Positions 54,910-64,000 of a stretch of 64,000 bases of DNA are shown piece by piece; the stretch's first letter is position 1, and every line of letters begins with the position of its first letter. Origin of the DNA: a bacterium (lineage in GTDB: Bacteria > Patescibacteriota > Patescibacteriia > UBA10025); contig JAKAGM010000001.1 of the NCBI GenBank assembly GCA_021815445.1, forward strand, positions 67,447 through 131,446, read 5' to 3'. Both the position numbers and the translations under genes were made by a program. Below the pieces are notes generated by a model, which worked only from the letters and a program-made list of their open reading frames with translations, ran no database searches and had not been told where the DNA came from.

Positions 54910-55131
54910 ATGACTAATACTATTTACACAAAAGATCATAAGGATGTTGTCGAACGGTTGAAAAAAGCCCGACAAGAAATAGGTTTAGATCAGATAGAAG
55001 TAGCCAAGTTGCTTCGAAAAACCCAGTCACATGTCTCAAAAATTGAATCCGGACAAAGACGGGTAGATGTCATTTCATTGAAGGAGCTTGCACGAATTTA
55101 TAAAAAGCCGATTAGATATTTTATTGACTAA
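54910..55131 (+). CDS. XRE-family HTH regulator, RM controller (C)-protein-like
   Basis: LKKAR...LDQIEVA..L..TQSHVSKIESGQRRVD; 73 aa. Confidence 0.88.
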   Translation: MTNTIYTKDHKDVVERLKKARQEIGLDQIEVAKLLRKTQSHVSKIESGQRRVDVISLKELARIYKKPIRYFID

Positions 55132-55134
55132 GCT

Positions 55135-56178
55135 ATGCTTATACAAGACCCTGTTGAAAGTGGGAGGATTGATTATGCTGAAATTATCAAGCAGTATGCT
55201 TGGGCTATAGAAAAAAATCGGTTGTGTGTTTTAAGTCCGGACAGCGATGGTTTCATTTGTGGGCTTTTAGTTACTAATTTTCTCAATTGGAGGGTTGTTG
55301 GATTTTATGATGGAAAAGTACTAATAACACAAAGTGGCGTAAATATTAATGATTGTAGTTTTCTTGATATTGAGATTAATAGAGCCGGTGTAGGGAGTAT
55401 AGGCAACCATCTTGTCGAGTATAACCGCTCGATTCCTATTAATAATTTTAACTTTCAAGGTTGCATCCAGCCAAACATACTTAGAAAATTTGACGGGAAA
55501 AACGCATTTCAAAGGAAATACCCATTTGGAACAATTCATCTATTACTAGGTATTCTACAATATGGCGAGATTATTGATATCCTCCCAGATAGTGCCATAA
55601 GTCCACTACTTTTTGTAGACGGTGTTGGGAATAACCTTTTCGGATATCCCGAGAACTGTCTTGATTGGATAGACTACTTAAAAATCAATCAGGATAGCCA
55701 TATTCTCCACAAGTTTTTTTGCGAAAACGATCTTAACTTCTATGAAGTGATGGGGTATCTAAAAGAATTCTTCAAAGTCCGGGACGAGTTTAATGCAACA
55801 GGATACTTTGATGGCACAGAATTAATACGGGGTGGTAATAATAAGAGAACTGGGCACAAGATAAAAATTTCCAATTCTCGCGGAGAGCCGATAAATCTAG
55901 TAAAAAAAGGGGTCAGTTTTGATTTACATCCGATTGAGGCGAATCGTGTGCAGGGCTTTATTACGCATATAGCCACTATGATGGGCTGGAGGTACTTGGC
56001 GGAGAATTGGAACTGGGCTAATTTTAATTTGCAAGTTTTTAAAAAGGGAATGCTGTCGAGTGATTCAGAAAATCCAGACTTCCGCCTAAACAATAAAACG
56101 ATTACGGCGCTTTTTGAAAAAAATCCGCTCTCACTTGCAATGACAGCGACCAATAGAATTGAATATTCAATTGAGTAA
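55135..56178 (+). CDS. Uncharacterised DHH-superfamily-like protein
   Basis: SPDSDG, FLD, IGNH, QPN, KYPFGT and FVDG occur in RecJ/NrnA motif order; AT-rich. Confidence 0.55.
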   Translation: MLIQDPVESGRIDYAEIIKQYAWAIEKNRLCVLSPDSDGFICGLLVTNFLNWRVVGFYDGKVLITQSGVNINDCSFLDIEINRAGVGSIGNHLVEYNRSIPINNFNFQGCIQPNILRKFDGKNAFQRKYPFGTIHLLLGILQYGEIIDILPDSAISPLLFVDGVGNNLFGYPENCLDWIDYLKINQDSHILHKFFCENDLNFYEVMGYLKEFFKVRDEFNATGYFDGTELIRGGNNKRTGHKIKISNSRGEPINLVKKGVSFDLHPIEANRVQGFITHIATMMGWRYLAENWNWANFNLQVFKKGMLSSDSENPDFRLNNKTITALFEKNPLSLAMTATNRIEYSIE

Positions 56179-56188
56179 GTTTTGGAAT

Positions 56189-57637
56189 CTACTCAAATAA
56201 GGAGTCACCTACTGACCTAATTCGGTCTTCGGCGAGTTTACAATATTCTTGCGATATATCTATCCCAATATACTTACGTCCCAATCGCTTTGCTGCAACT
56301 GCAGTAGACCCGCTCCCAATAAATGGATCAAGGACGATTCCTTTGGGAGGGCAGAAACACTGAATAAAATCTGTCGGAATTTTATCAGGAAATGTTGCCG
56401 GGTGCCTCCGCTTGAGCGGATTTTTGTCACCAGCGTTAAGATAATCCCAAACCGTCCCGCGGCACTTCATAGTGTTAATCTCCCTAGTTACAGTATTTGT
56501 GGTTGTACCATCAGTTCGTCGATTACCACTTCCAGTCATAATTTTCCCCGCATGCTTTGAAGGAATTTTTAGCGGCTCTTTGTTAAAATATATCGGCCGC
56601 TCTCCCTTTAAAAAAATTGGCATATACTCGTGATCTACTCGAAATCGATACTTCCACCATGCTCCCTCAGTCCCATATTTCCTGTAGATCACGTTTTCAA
56701 ACAACTTAAATCCCGCATTATCGCACCAATCAATTATGGTCCTAAAAGAGGTAAGAGTCTTACCAAAGTTACGAGTTGCATCCTGGATGACCATAGCTAC
56801 AATGCCACCTTCTTTCAGGACGCGATAAAGTTCTATTCCGACTGCAGGCAAATTTAATGAAAAACCATTGTACGCTCGGATATCATCATAAGGTGGTGAG
56901 GTAACAGCCAGGTCAATCGAATTGGAAGGGATTTTTCTTAAAACTTCGACTGCATCCCCACAAATTATTTTATTCAAGGGTAAATCTTCGCACCTTTCCC
57001 TTGTCTTATCAGTTGGCTGGTAGGTCTTCTGTGTTGCACCTTTCTTAATCACATCAAGCACTACTCCTTGCACTGAGACAGAGTTTTTATTTTGGAAAAC
57101 CAGGGACTGCATTCTTTTGTTAGCCGGTTTTAAGCGTATCGACCCTCGTTCTTTATAAAATTTCTTTAATGTCGCTTCGTGGTTATCTATTAGAGCAACA
57201 ACTTTTTGACCGTTTTCTGCAGTAAATTGATGTTTCACTAATACGATATCGCCGTCGTTAATATTCTCATCGGTCATACTGTTACCAACAACCCGAAGAG
57301 CATAGAATTTTCCCTGCCCCGGTAACCTTCCTTTTGGGATAGCGATTGATTCTTTTTGTGATATTGCCTCGATGGGTTGACCGGCTGCGATCATTCCCTC
57401 CAAGGGGATACTGACCATACTCTCACTACTCCGTAACTCAATACCCCTCGCGGCATGATCGTTTCTTGAAAGGTAACCCTTTGAGGATAAGGTATCAATA
57501 TGCTGGTGAATCGTAGACAGAGCTGATAGACGAAAATGCTTGCGAATCTCCTCAAAAGTGGGTGAGTAGCCATTCTCGTCAATAAAGCCCTGGATATAGT
57601 CGAGAATTTGTTTTTGTCTCTTCGTCAGAGTAGCCAT
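56189..57637 (-). CDS. lexA: LexA repressor fused to a beta-class N4/N6 DNA methyltransferase
   Basis: LTKRQ..IL..I...GYSPT..EI wHTH, IAAG cleavage site, GNSM Ser and TLKK Lys; then TSPPY, HPATFP and DPFIGSGST. Confidence 0.92.
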   Translation of the reverse strand: MATLTKRQKQILDYIQGFIDENGYSPTFEEIRKHFRLSALSTIHQHIDTLSSKGYLSRNDHAARGIELRSSESMVSIPLEGMIAAGQPIEAISQKESIAIPKGRLPGQGKFYALRVVGNSMTDENINDGDIVLVKHQFTAENGQKVVALIDNHEATLKKFYKERGSIRLKPANKRMQSLVFQNKNSVSVQGVVLDVIKKGATQKTYQPTDKTRERCEDLPLNKIICGDAVEVLRKIPSNSIDLAVTSPPYDDIRAYNGFSLNLPAVGIELYRVLKEGGIVAMVIQDATRNFGKTLTSFRTIIDWCDNAGFKLFENVIYRKYGTEGAWWKYRFRVDHEYMPIFLKGERPIYFNKEPLKIPSKHAGKIMTGSGNRRTDGTTTNTVTREINTMKCRGTVWDYLNAGDKNPLKRRHPATFPDKIPTDFIQCFCPPKGIVLDPFIGSGSTAVAAKRLGRKYIGIDISQEYCKLAEDRIRSVGDSLFE

Positions 57638-57677
57638 AAGTATTGACAAGCCCTAATATTTTTTTACATTTACAGTA

Positions 57678-57695
57678 TACCGAAAATCTACCGAA
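57678..57695 (-). promoter_or_regulatory. Putative LexA operator (direct repeat)
   Basis: TACCGAA-AATC-TACCGAA (11-bp period), overlapping the minus-strand TATACT -10 box of lexA. Confidence 0.65.
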
Positions 57696-57868
57696 GTAGG
57701 TAGTGGCGTTATCCACACAAAATTAATTATTGAAAGGAGGTGAAATACATGAATAAAACGCCGGGCTTTAAAAATATCCTAATTTTATTCTCTTGTCCCC
57801 CGATCTAAACTAGGAGTACAATTAATAGCGTGAAGATAAGATTTTTCCCCCTGATTGCCTGCGAATCT

Positions 57869-59524
57869 ATGCTCTTCATCCCTCATTCACCAAAGCAACT
57901 TATTAGTACACTCGCTATCGCGGGTGTGCTTGGAATCGGAATACTGGCATATTTTACATGGTTTACTGTGGGGGTCGGGGATGTACCAAGCAACGGTAAC
58001 GCCGCGATCACCAACCAGCCGGCTGTCAATGTGGCGCTAAGCGCTCAAGAGGAATGCGCGCGGAGAGGACCCTCGTTCACCTGGTGTGAGCAGAAGCAAA
58101 AATGCATCGACCCATCCCGTCAAAATTGCAAGGATGTTTCTCTTGATTCGTATTTGACCAATTCAAGCACCCTCACCGTTCTTTCCGGCTCGATGCTCTA
58201 TATCCAAGACGGCGATGTGTGGAAGTCGGATATCAACGGCCGTACGCCGGTCAAGCTCGTAGACCGTGACGCGGTGACGAAAGCTATCCCTTCGCCTGAC
58301 GGGTCCATGATCGCCTATGCTATCGTCTATCCGTCTACCGAGACCGTGAAAAATGCCGATGGTACGGAAGAGTCCGTCGAATTGTCAGGATCTTGGGGGG
58401 CCAAACAAACGCTGTACGTCGCTAACGGCGTGGGTGCCGACAGTCGCCAGGTGCAGAAACAGGTGGGACGCTGGGGGTGGATACCAAATACCAAACTGCT
58501 GTGGTATGAGACCAGCTCTTTACAGCAGTATTTCAGTTGGGGGTACATCGGCGACAACAATATGTGGGTGTATGATCCTGCCGCACGCACATCAAAAGAA
58601 ATACGAAAGGCCGGTGACGTAGCCTGGAGCGACCCGCTCCTTGGTCCCAGGTGGTCTCCTGACGGAAAGAATGTACTGCTTGTTACGTATGAGAAAATTG
58701 ACGATACCAACGGCTCACTGGCTTTGCATGTGGTCAATCGGTCGACCGCGAAAGAGCGAAACCTGCTGTACATCCCGTGGGTTGGGGGAGACCGGGGTGG
58801 TCCGCCGCCTATTCCATCATTTTTTTGGAGCGGGGACAGCTCGACAATTTACACGGGTTTCACCCCGGTAATCGAGGCCTCAAATAACACTGCCAATAAG
58901 ATACATTACCTTGACATCCTGCGATCAAACTACATCTCCGTGTTAGCCATACCGGTGAACGGCGGGCAGGTAAAAGAAGTATTTCCGTCAGAGCCGTCAA
59001 TCGTCTTTGCCGACGAGAGTCCCATCCACGTGAACTTCTCCGAAGATCGCAGTAAGGTGCTCTACTTCGCCGTCAAATCGGATAAAGTCACACCCGATAG
59101 TCCCTCGGACTGGGTAAAATACGGTGATGCTGATGCGCAGATGGTAGTACGGGATATACACAAGGGCACTTCCTACACCATCAGCGACACGTTCAACGGC
59201 AATCACACACTTTTCCACGTTAGTGATGACTCGCTCTCGACGCATATCACTGATGATGGGGTATACTGGTTTGATACCGAGACGAGGGACTCTATCCACT
59301 GGCTGAATGTCTATTATTACGACTTTACCACATCCCAAAAGACGACAGTGGCCACTATGCCCGCGCCAATTGATGATGACAGGGGGCTTTTACTGAGTGA
59401 TATTTCCTACCTACCTTCTGCGCATGCAGTACTATTCCGTGCCGGGAGCACCCTCTACAAAGTACAAAATGACAAGATAGCTGCAATCGTGGAGAAAGTG
59501 GATGAGGTGGCGTATTACGAGTGA
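57869..59524 (+). CDS. Membrane-anchored extracellular protein with TolB-like beta-propeller repeats
   Basis: N-terminal TM segment, Cys motif WCEQKQKC, and SPDGS, WSPDGK, WSGDSS, FSEDRS repeats. Confidence 0.75.
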   Translation: MLFIPHSPKQLISTLAIAGVLGIGILAYFTWFTVGVGDVPSNGNAAITNQPAVNVALSAQEECARRGPSFTWCEQKQKCIDPSRQNCKDVSLDSYLTNSSTLTVLSGSMLYIQDGDVWKSDINGRTPVKLVDRDAVTKAIPSPDGSMIAYAIVYPSTETVKNADGTEESVELSGSWGAKQTLYVANGVGADSRQVQKQVGRWGWIPNTKLLWYETSSLQQYFSWGYIGDNNMWVYDPAARTSKEIRKAGDVAWSDPLLGPRWSPDGKNVLLVTYEKIDDTNGSLALHVVNRSTAKERNLLYIPWVGGDRGGPPPIPSFFWSGDSSTIYTGFTPVIEASNNTANKIHYLDILRSNYISVLAIPVNGGQVKEVFPSEPSIVFADESPIHVNFSEDRSKVLYFAVKSDKVTPDSPSDWVKYGDADAQMVVRDIHKGTSYTISDTFNGNHTLFHVSDDSLSTHITDDGVYWFDTETRDSIHWLNVYYYDFTTSQKTTVATMPAPIDDDRGLLLSDISYLPSAHAVLFRAGSTLYKVQNDKIAAIVEKVDEVAYYE

Positions 59525-59734
59525 ATAGGGGATTTTGAGATGGGACTTAGGATACCGGTAGGCCCGGCTACCTCAAAAGAAAAACAGCCTCTCGGGAGGC
59601 TGTTGCGTGCATGATACGTAGGTCGGGAGGCGCCACTTGACAAAGCCGGGGTTTTTGCTATACTTCGACGTTAAAAGTATGTGTAAAAGAAATACTGAAC
59701 CCTCTATCGCAGAAGGCGCAGAAGGAGTATCACG

Positions 59735-60205
59735 ATGCGGAGAATCATCCCGTTGCTGTCGATCGCGGTGTTTTGCACGTTCTGTGCAGGCTGTATCAGA
59801 GAAGTCAACGAGCGGTCAAACCTCCTGACGGAGACTGTGAAAGCGCGGGACCTTGTTTACACGCCTGCAGTCCACGGATCCGGCATGGGGCCCACGATGC
59901 GTATGACCAAGGGCGGCGGTATCGGTCTCGGACTCGCCATCACATCAGTCAACACCGAGGAGGTCTACTCGATCGTCTTCGAGTGCCAGCACGGCGGATT
60001 CGTCATCCAGCGAGAGGAGTTATGGAAGAAGCTCCATAAGGACTCCACGTACCATTGCAGGTATGTCGAGCTGTATCGGACCGTCTATGATGGAAAACCC
60101 GACACGCTCGTCTCACGGACGCTCGTGGGCTACGATTTCCTGGGTCTCGAGGAGTTCCCCGATCTCATGGAAAAGCCTGACGAGATGTACCACCCTGTCA
60201 AATGA
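59735..60205 (+). CDS. Putative lipoprotein
   Basis: MRR plus a hydrophobic stretch and CAGC lipobox; SD GAAGGAG; terminator AAGCCCGG/CCGGGCTT. Confidence 0.65.
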   Translation: MRRIIPLLSIAVFCTFCAGCIREVNERSNLLTETVKARDLVYTPAVHGSGMGPTMRMTKGGGIGLGLAITSVNTEEVYSIVFECQHGGFVIQREELWKKLHKDSTYHCRYVELYRTVYDGKPDTLVSRTLVGYDFLGLEEFPDLMEKPDEMYHPVK

Positions 60206-60406
60206 CCCCCGCGTTTGCACCAATGCGAATAAGCCCGGCCACAGTACCAACTGTCGCGCCGGGCTTCTTTTTTGCCGGGCTAACAGTAATTGAGCGTTTT
60301 TTGGTATACTTATCTTATATCCCTCCTTTCCACAAAAGACATTCACCTTAGCCGTCTAAGTTAGCAGATCTTTTATTATGCAAGCGGTGTGATATCCTAT
60401 ATAAGC

Positions 60407-61318
60407 ATGAACAATGTCAATATTCCTCAAGCAAAAGTAAAAAATGATAAGTATATTTGGCTTGGGTTGTTTGTTTGCCTATTCATTCTCCTATGTCTTT
60501 TTTTGTACTTCATTGTACTCTGGCCTCAGGCCCTCTTGAGAGAGTTTCCATACTCATCATTTGTTGCGCGGCGTACGGGATATTCCGAAAGTATTGATAC
60601 CAGTATTAAGGTGCTCCAGGTAATTAGTCCTCTACAAGGCGGATTCATTGTCACGAGAAGTATCAATCAGGACAGGGAAGTTACTTCAGGGTGGAGGACG
60701 TTTCCTGACGGAGGGATAAATTTTCTTATCTCTATGAAAAAGGACATTTCGATGGTCAAGGATAGCGGTGAGATCGTGTGGAGGAAAACCTACGCCGAGT
60801 ATCCTGTCAATCAGTATAATAGCCGTCAGCTTCCAACGGAAAGCGATTCAAAAAATTCAGTCTTATACCCCAAAGTACTCGATGGAGGGGCAAACGTAAT
60901 TCGCAGTTGCCCGGACGGTAAAGTACAACTGGCGTATCTTCAGGAAAATTGGGTATCTACTGGTCCGGGGTCAAGTTCGCTGCATGGTTACGGCGATTTT
61001 GTCGGTCCTGGAGTAGAAATCAATTTAAATAGCGGGGAGATGACTCAGTTCACCGACGCAGGGAGGCTATGTACTAAAGAAATTCGGGATCTTTATAGGC
61101 CCCAGACGGATACGATTTATGCCTGTGGGGATAAAATTCCTTTCGTACGGAAAATGGGAGACAGAAGCCATCCGTCCACCGGACCAATCGCCGTACTTAA
61201 AGAGTATTATCAATTTCCCTGTAACTATTCGTCATCAGGGTATCAAAATTTGAAGGCGGATCCGACGAAAGCCACCATCCCGCCGGGACCAAGTGACATA
61301 TTAGATATCCCGCTGTAG
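60407..61318 (+). CDS. Membrane-anchored hypothetical protein
   Basis: Single N-terminal TM segment and a soluble domain with several Cys. Confidence 0.65.
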   Translation: MNNVNIPQAKVKNDKYIWLGLFVCLFILLCLFLYFIVLWPQALLREFPYSSFVARRTGYSESIDTSIKVLQVISPLQGGFIVTRSINQDREVTSGWRTFPDGGINFLISMKKDISMVKDSGEIVWRKTYAEYPVNQYNSRQLPTESDSKNSVLYPKVLDGGANVIRSCPDGKVQLAYLQENWVSTGPGSSSLHGYGDFVGPGVEINLNSGEMTQFTDAGRLCTKEIRDLYRPQTDTIYACGDKIPFVRKMGDRSHPSTGPIAVLKEYYQFPCNYSSSGYQNLKADPTKATIPPGPSDILDIPL

Positions 61319-61367
61319 ATTCATTACAAGGAGCCGGTCGGCTGTCTTTGCTATACTTAAACTACAC

Positions 61368-62090
61368 ATGCCCCTCCTCTCCACAACAACATTTACACTC
61401 GCAACCTACGCCAAAGGCGACGAGAACGCCGAGAAGCTCGCACTTGTGTTACCCGGTCGGTTGGATACGAAAGACTATCTGCACATGCGCAGCCACGTGG
61501 ACTTTTTGGCAACGAAAGGATACTTCGCGCTTTCATTCGACCCGCCGGGTACGTGGGAGAGTCCGGGAGGTATCGGACTGTACACGATGACGAACTATTT
61601 GAAAGCTATCAACGAACTGATTGAGCATTTTGGCAATCGACCTACGTTACTCATGGGGCACAGTCGGGGCGGCAGCATTGGCATGCTTGTCGGTAGCACT
61701 AATCCGCACGTCACGGGGTTCATCTCTGTCTTTTCACACGCCTCCCCGAGCAAACCTGAGGGTCCCGCGTCATCGTTGAGAGACATCCCCGGGCACCCGG
61801 GACAAAAGAGGCAATTTAATTTGCCGAATAGTTTTTTTATCGACTCAGCGAGCCATGACATTATGGGTCCGCTCAAGACCTGCACGAAGCCGAAACTGTT
61901 TTTTCTCGGCACTCAAGATATTATGGTCCCGCCTGAAAAAGTACAGAAGGCATATGATGACGCCGCAGAGCCGAAACAGCTTGAGACGCTCGACTCCGGC
62001 CATGACTATAGGAATAGGCCGGAGATTATCGAAGAGGTGAATAGGAAAGTCGGGGAGTGGATGGAGAAGACAAAAAAGCATCCCACATAA
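61368..62090 (+). CDS. Alpha/beta hydrolase
   Basis: GHSRGG nucleophile elbow, GTQD, GH. Confidence 0.88.
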   Translation: MPLLSTTTFTLATYAKGDENAEKLALVLPGRLDTKDYLHMRSHVDFLATKGYFALSFDPPGTWESPGGIGLYTMTNYLKAINELIEHFGNRPTLLMGHSRGGSIGMLVGSTNPHVTGFISVFSHASPSKPEGPASSLRDIPGHPGQKRQFNLPNSFFIDSASHDIMGPLKTCTKPKLFFLGTQDIMVPPEKVQKAYDDAAEPKQLETLDSGHDYRNRPEIIEEVNRKVGEWMEKTKKHPT

Positions 62091-62173
62091 AACAGCGGGA
62101 CTCCGGATCCATCTTGTCATTCAACCCTATCTGTCGGCGGGAATGAGACAAATATTTGTGCTATAATTACTCC

Positions 62174-62431
62174 ATGAAGCAGAACATGCAGAAAATTGTC
62201 ATATACAAAGATGCCCGGGGGGATGTGAAGCTTAAAGCCGATGTTCGCGCCGAGACTCTTTGGGCTACCCAAGCGCAGATTGCCCAGCTTTTTGGGGTAG
62301 ATAGAACAGTGGCGACAAAGCACATCCGCAACATATTTTCTGATGGCGAGGTCAACAAAAAAAGCAATGTGCAAAAAATGCACATTCCTCACTCGGATAA
62401 GCCGATCACAGTGGCTTACTGTCTATCGTAA
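62174..62431 (+). pseudogene. RhuM-like N-terminal fragment
   Basis: ETLWATQAQIAQLFGVDR...KHIRNIF..GE...SDKP, then a stop next to degenerate REP-like palindromes. Confidence 0.7.
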
Positions 62432-62648
62432 ATCCACGGGATCCTTCCCCGCCTGCGCTTTCAGCTTCGGCAGGTTCAGGATGGTGGTATTTCGCAACGG
62501 GATTCCGGATCCCTCCAGAGGCGGGCAGGCAAGTCCGGAGTGGTAATGAGCTTTGTGTTATGGGCAGTTGACAGTTCGGGAGGAGTGCGGTATAAAGGAC
62601 GAAATTGCATAAAAAGTACTTTTCACCCCACAACCGGCGGAGGGTTTC

Positions 62649-63335
62649 ATGAACGGAACGGTCTACTTCCTGATGTATAGCGATAGGGTCAGGGCGCAAA
62701 TGATCGATGCGCTCAGCCTCATGAGCTATGGAATGTATGTGGTGTCGCTTACCTTTATCTTACACCCAGAACAGTTCGTGACATGTTTTTCGGTCATACT
62801 GGTCGGAACCGTGCTGCTTACACGCCTGATGAGTGTATTCGCATGCCATCTTCATCGCGAACTGCGCGTGATGGCGGCAGTAGGCTCACCGTTGTATCTC
62901 GGAGCGTGCATCTTGTCTCTTTTCCTCATCTACCCACTCGGACCGACGGTAAAATTCCCCATTGGGCACCCGGAGTCGGCAGTTGAAGTTCGAAGCATTG
63001 CCCTGTTTTTCTCATGGCGGGAGGAAGTCCGGGTGTACTCCACTTCAGCGCACCATTCCTATCGGCACGGCGGGAAGGTTTTGCTGTTCGATACCAAATA
63101 TGACGGGGCGATACTCGACTTCCACCGCCGATTTGGGAGCTCGCAGGCGTTTGCCGACTCTTCGGGAGCCGAAGTGATCCGATTTGCTGAAAGCTATTTC
63201 ACGGGCAATCCGAATGCCACGATGGTCGGCCTGGCCCTGCAGCTGCAGCAGGGCCTTCCGGGCCTGAGCATCAGCAATGTTGTCCTGGGGACTGTCCCCG
63301 AGGAGAGCTCTTTGACCCCCGTTGCGATCAAGTAA
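62649..63335 (+). CDS. Membrane protein, unknown function
   Basis: 3 N-terminal TM segments plus a soluble domain; SD GGAGGG. Confidence 0.6.
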   Translation: MNGTVYFLMYSDRVRAQMIDALSLMSYGMYVVSLTFILHPEQFVTCFSVILVGTVLLTRLMSVFACHLHRELRVMAAVGSPLYLGACILSLFLIYPLGPTVKFPIGHPESAVEVRSIALFFSWREEVRVYSTSAHHSYRHGGKVLLFDTKYDGAILDFHRRFGSSQAFADSSGAEVIRFAESYFTGNPNATMVGLALQLQQGLPGLSISNVVLGTVPEESSLTPVAIK

Positions 63336-63457
63336 CGGGTTTTTTCTTTTTGAAGATGAGGTACGATGTACATTGACGTTGACCGTGTGTATGAGTAGAA
63401 TGACGACGGAGGAAAAGGAGTGACAAAACCGTTCTCTTCATCTGAAAGGAGTCCACA

Positions 63458-64000
63458 ATGCGCAGTTTGTGGAGAAAGCTCGAACGGAATACTCGACAGT
63501 TGGCTGCCTTCGGGCTGGTGACTGCGGTTACCGTCTTGGTGGTGTGGGGTTCTATTGCGTCACCCGACTCAGTTCTTGGCGAGTATACGTCGGCGGCGTT
63601 GTTGTCGACTGGCATATGCCTGTTGGCCATCATGGGTGGGGTCTTTACAGCTATGTACGTGGCGCATCGGAATTCTCCAGTGACCATGAGGCTGATTCAA
63701 TCGTTGACACTAGCCTGTGCGGTCGGGTTAGTTACCATGTTCTGCACCGTTTCCCGCTTCGATGGAAATACGGTCCTCATCAGCCGAACTACCGGTGAAA
63801 TACGCGTGCCGTCCGGATTCGCTATTTACAATCCTCTCGAATTTCGACCGTCTGTATACATGCGCACGATTACCGTCACCGACACCGAAGTCGGATATAT
63901 GGTAAGGGTTAGTCCACGGATGACGGTGAAAGAGCTTCAAACCAAGTTCGGGTCTCCGGTGGCGTGCAGGCAGGTATACACTACGATCATTCATAACGCA
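63458..64000 (+). CDS. Membrane protein, truncated by the window end (not in the ORF track)
   Basis: SD GAAAGGAG; manual translation MRSLWRKLERNTRQLAAFGLV... is open to the window end, with 3 TM segments. Confidence 0.65.
   Translation, partial: MRSLWRKLERNTRQLAAFGLVTAVTVLVVWGSIASPDSVLGEYTSAALLSTGICLLAIMGGVFTAMYVAHRNSPVTMRLIQSLTLACAVGLVTMFCTVSRFDGNTVLISRTTGEIRVPSGFAIYNPLEFRPSVYMRTITVTDTEVGYMVRVSPRMTVKELQTKFGSPVACRQVYTTIIHNA

Noticed and set aside
57709-57717. Perfect DnaA box TTATCCACA
   Set aside because: Single copy, with no box cluster or dnaA nearby; insufficient for oriC.
63469-63798. ORF-track call of 109 aa
   Set aside because: Wrong frame; the SD-led frame from 63458 is open to the window end and encodes TM helices.

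Overview
The window is a 64-kb bacterial chromosomal segment using the standard code (TGA is a stop). Its gene content points to Patescibacteria/CPR, probably Parcubacteria-like; this is inferred from the TrbC/VirB2-type pilin, the DUF5671-like protein, the short ATP synthase delta and the LexA-methyltransferase fusion. Housekeeping blocks are a membrane-anchored Clp ATPase, glyQS, an M16 peptidase, rsmI, metG, tatD, rmuC, a NatAB-like ABC exporter, a complete atp operon, a UvrD-nuclease, pheST, gyrB, secE-nusG-rplK-rplA and a dCMP deaminase/kinase/dUTPase module. No rRNA, complete tRNA or CRISPR array was seen. Main observations: (1) An AT-rich RM-like locus at 54.8-57.7 kb has a controller (C) protein with tandem C-box-like operators. 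It drives a DHH-fold protein in the slot normally held by a restriction endonuclease, convergent with a LexA-DNA methyltransferase fusion that has a direct-repeat operator. (2) Translation signals are split. Core genes are mostly SD-less or leaderless, while about 20 stand-alone orphan genes carry strong Shine-Dalgarno sites, often with their own promoter and terminator. These include a beta-barrel-like protein, pseudo-receivers, an aspartokinase beta-like subunit, bS21, an RsbW-like protein and BI-1. (3) Several non-coding elements are present: a covarying structured repeat of about 120 nt, a MITE inserted in a -35 box, paired 26-bp palindromes and a REP-flanked GIY-YIG gene. (4) A CsoSCA-like beta-carbonic anhydrase has no carboxysome genes nearby. 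All calls come from motif reading only; no searches were run.
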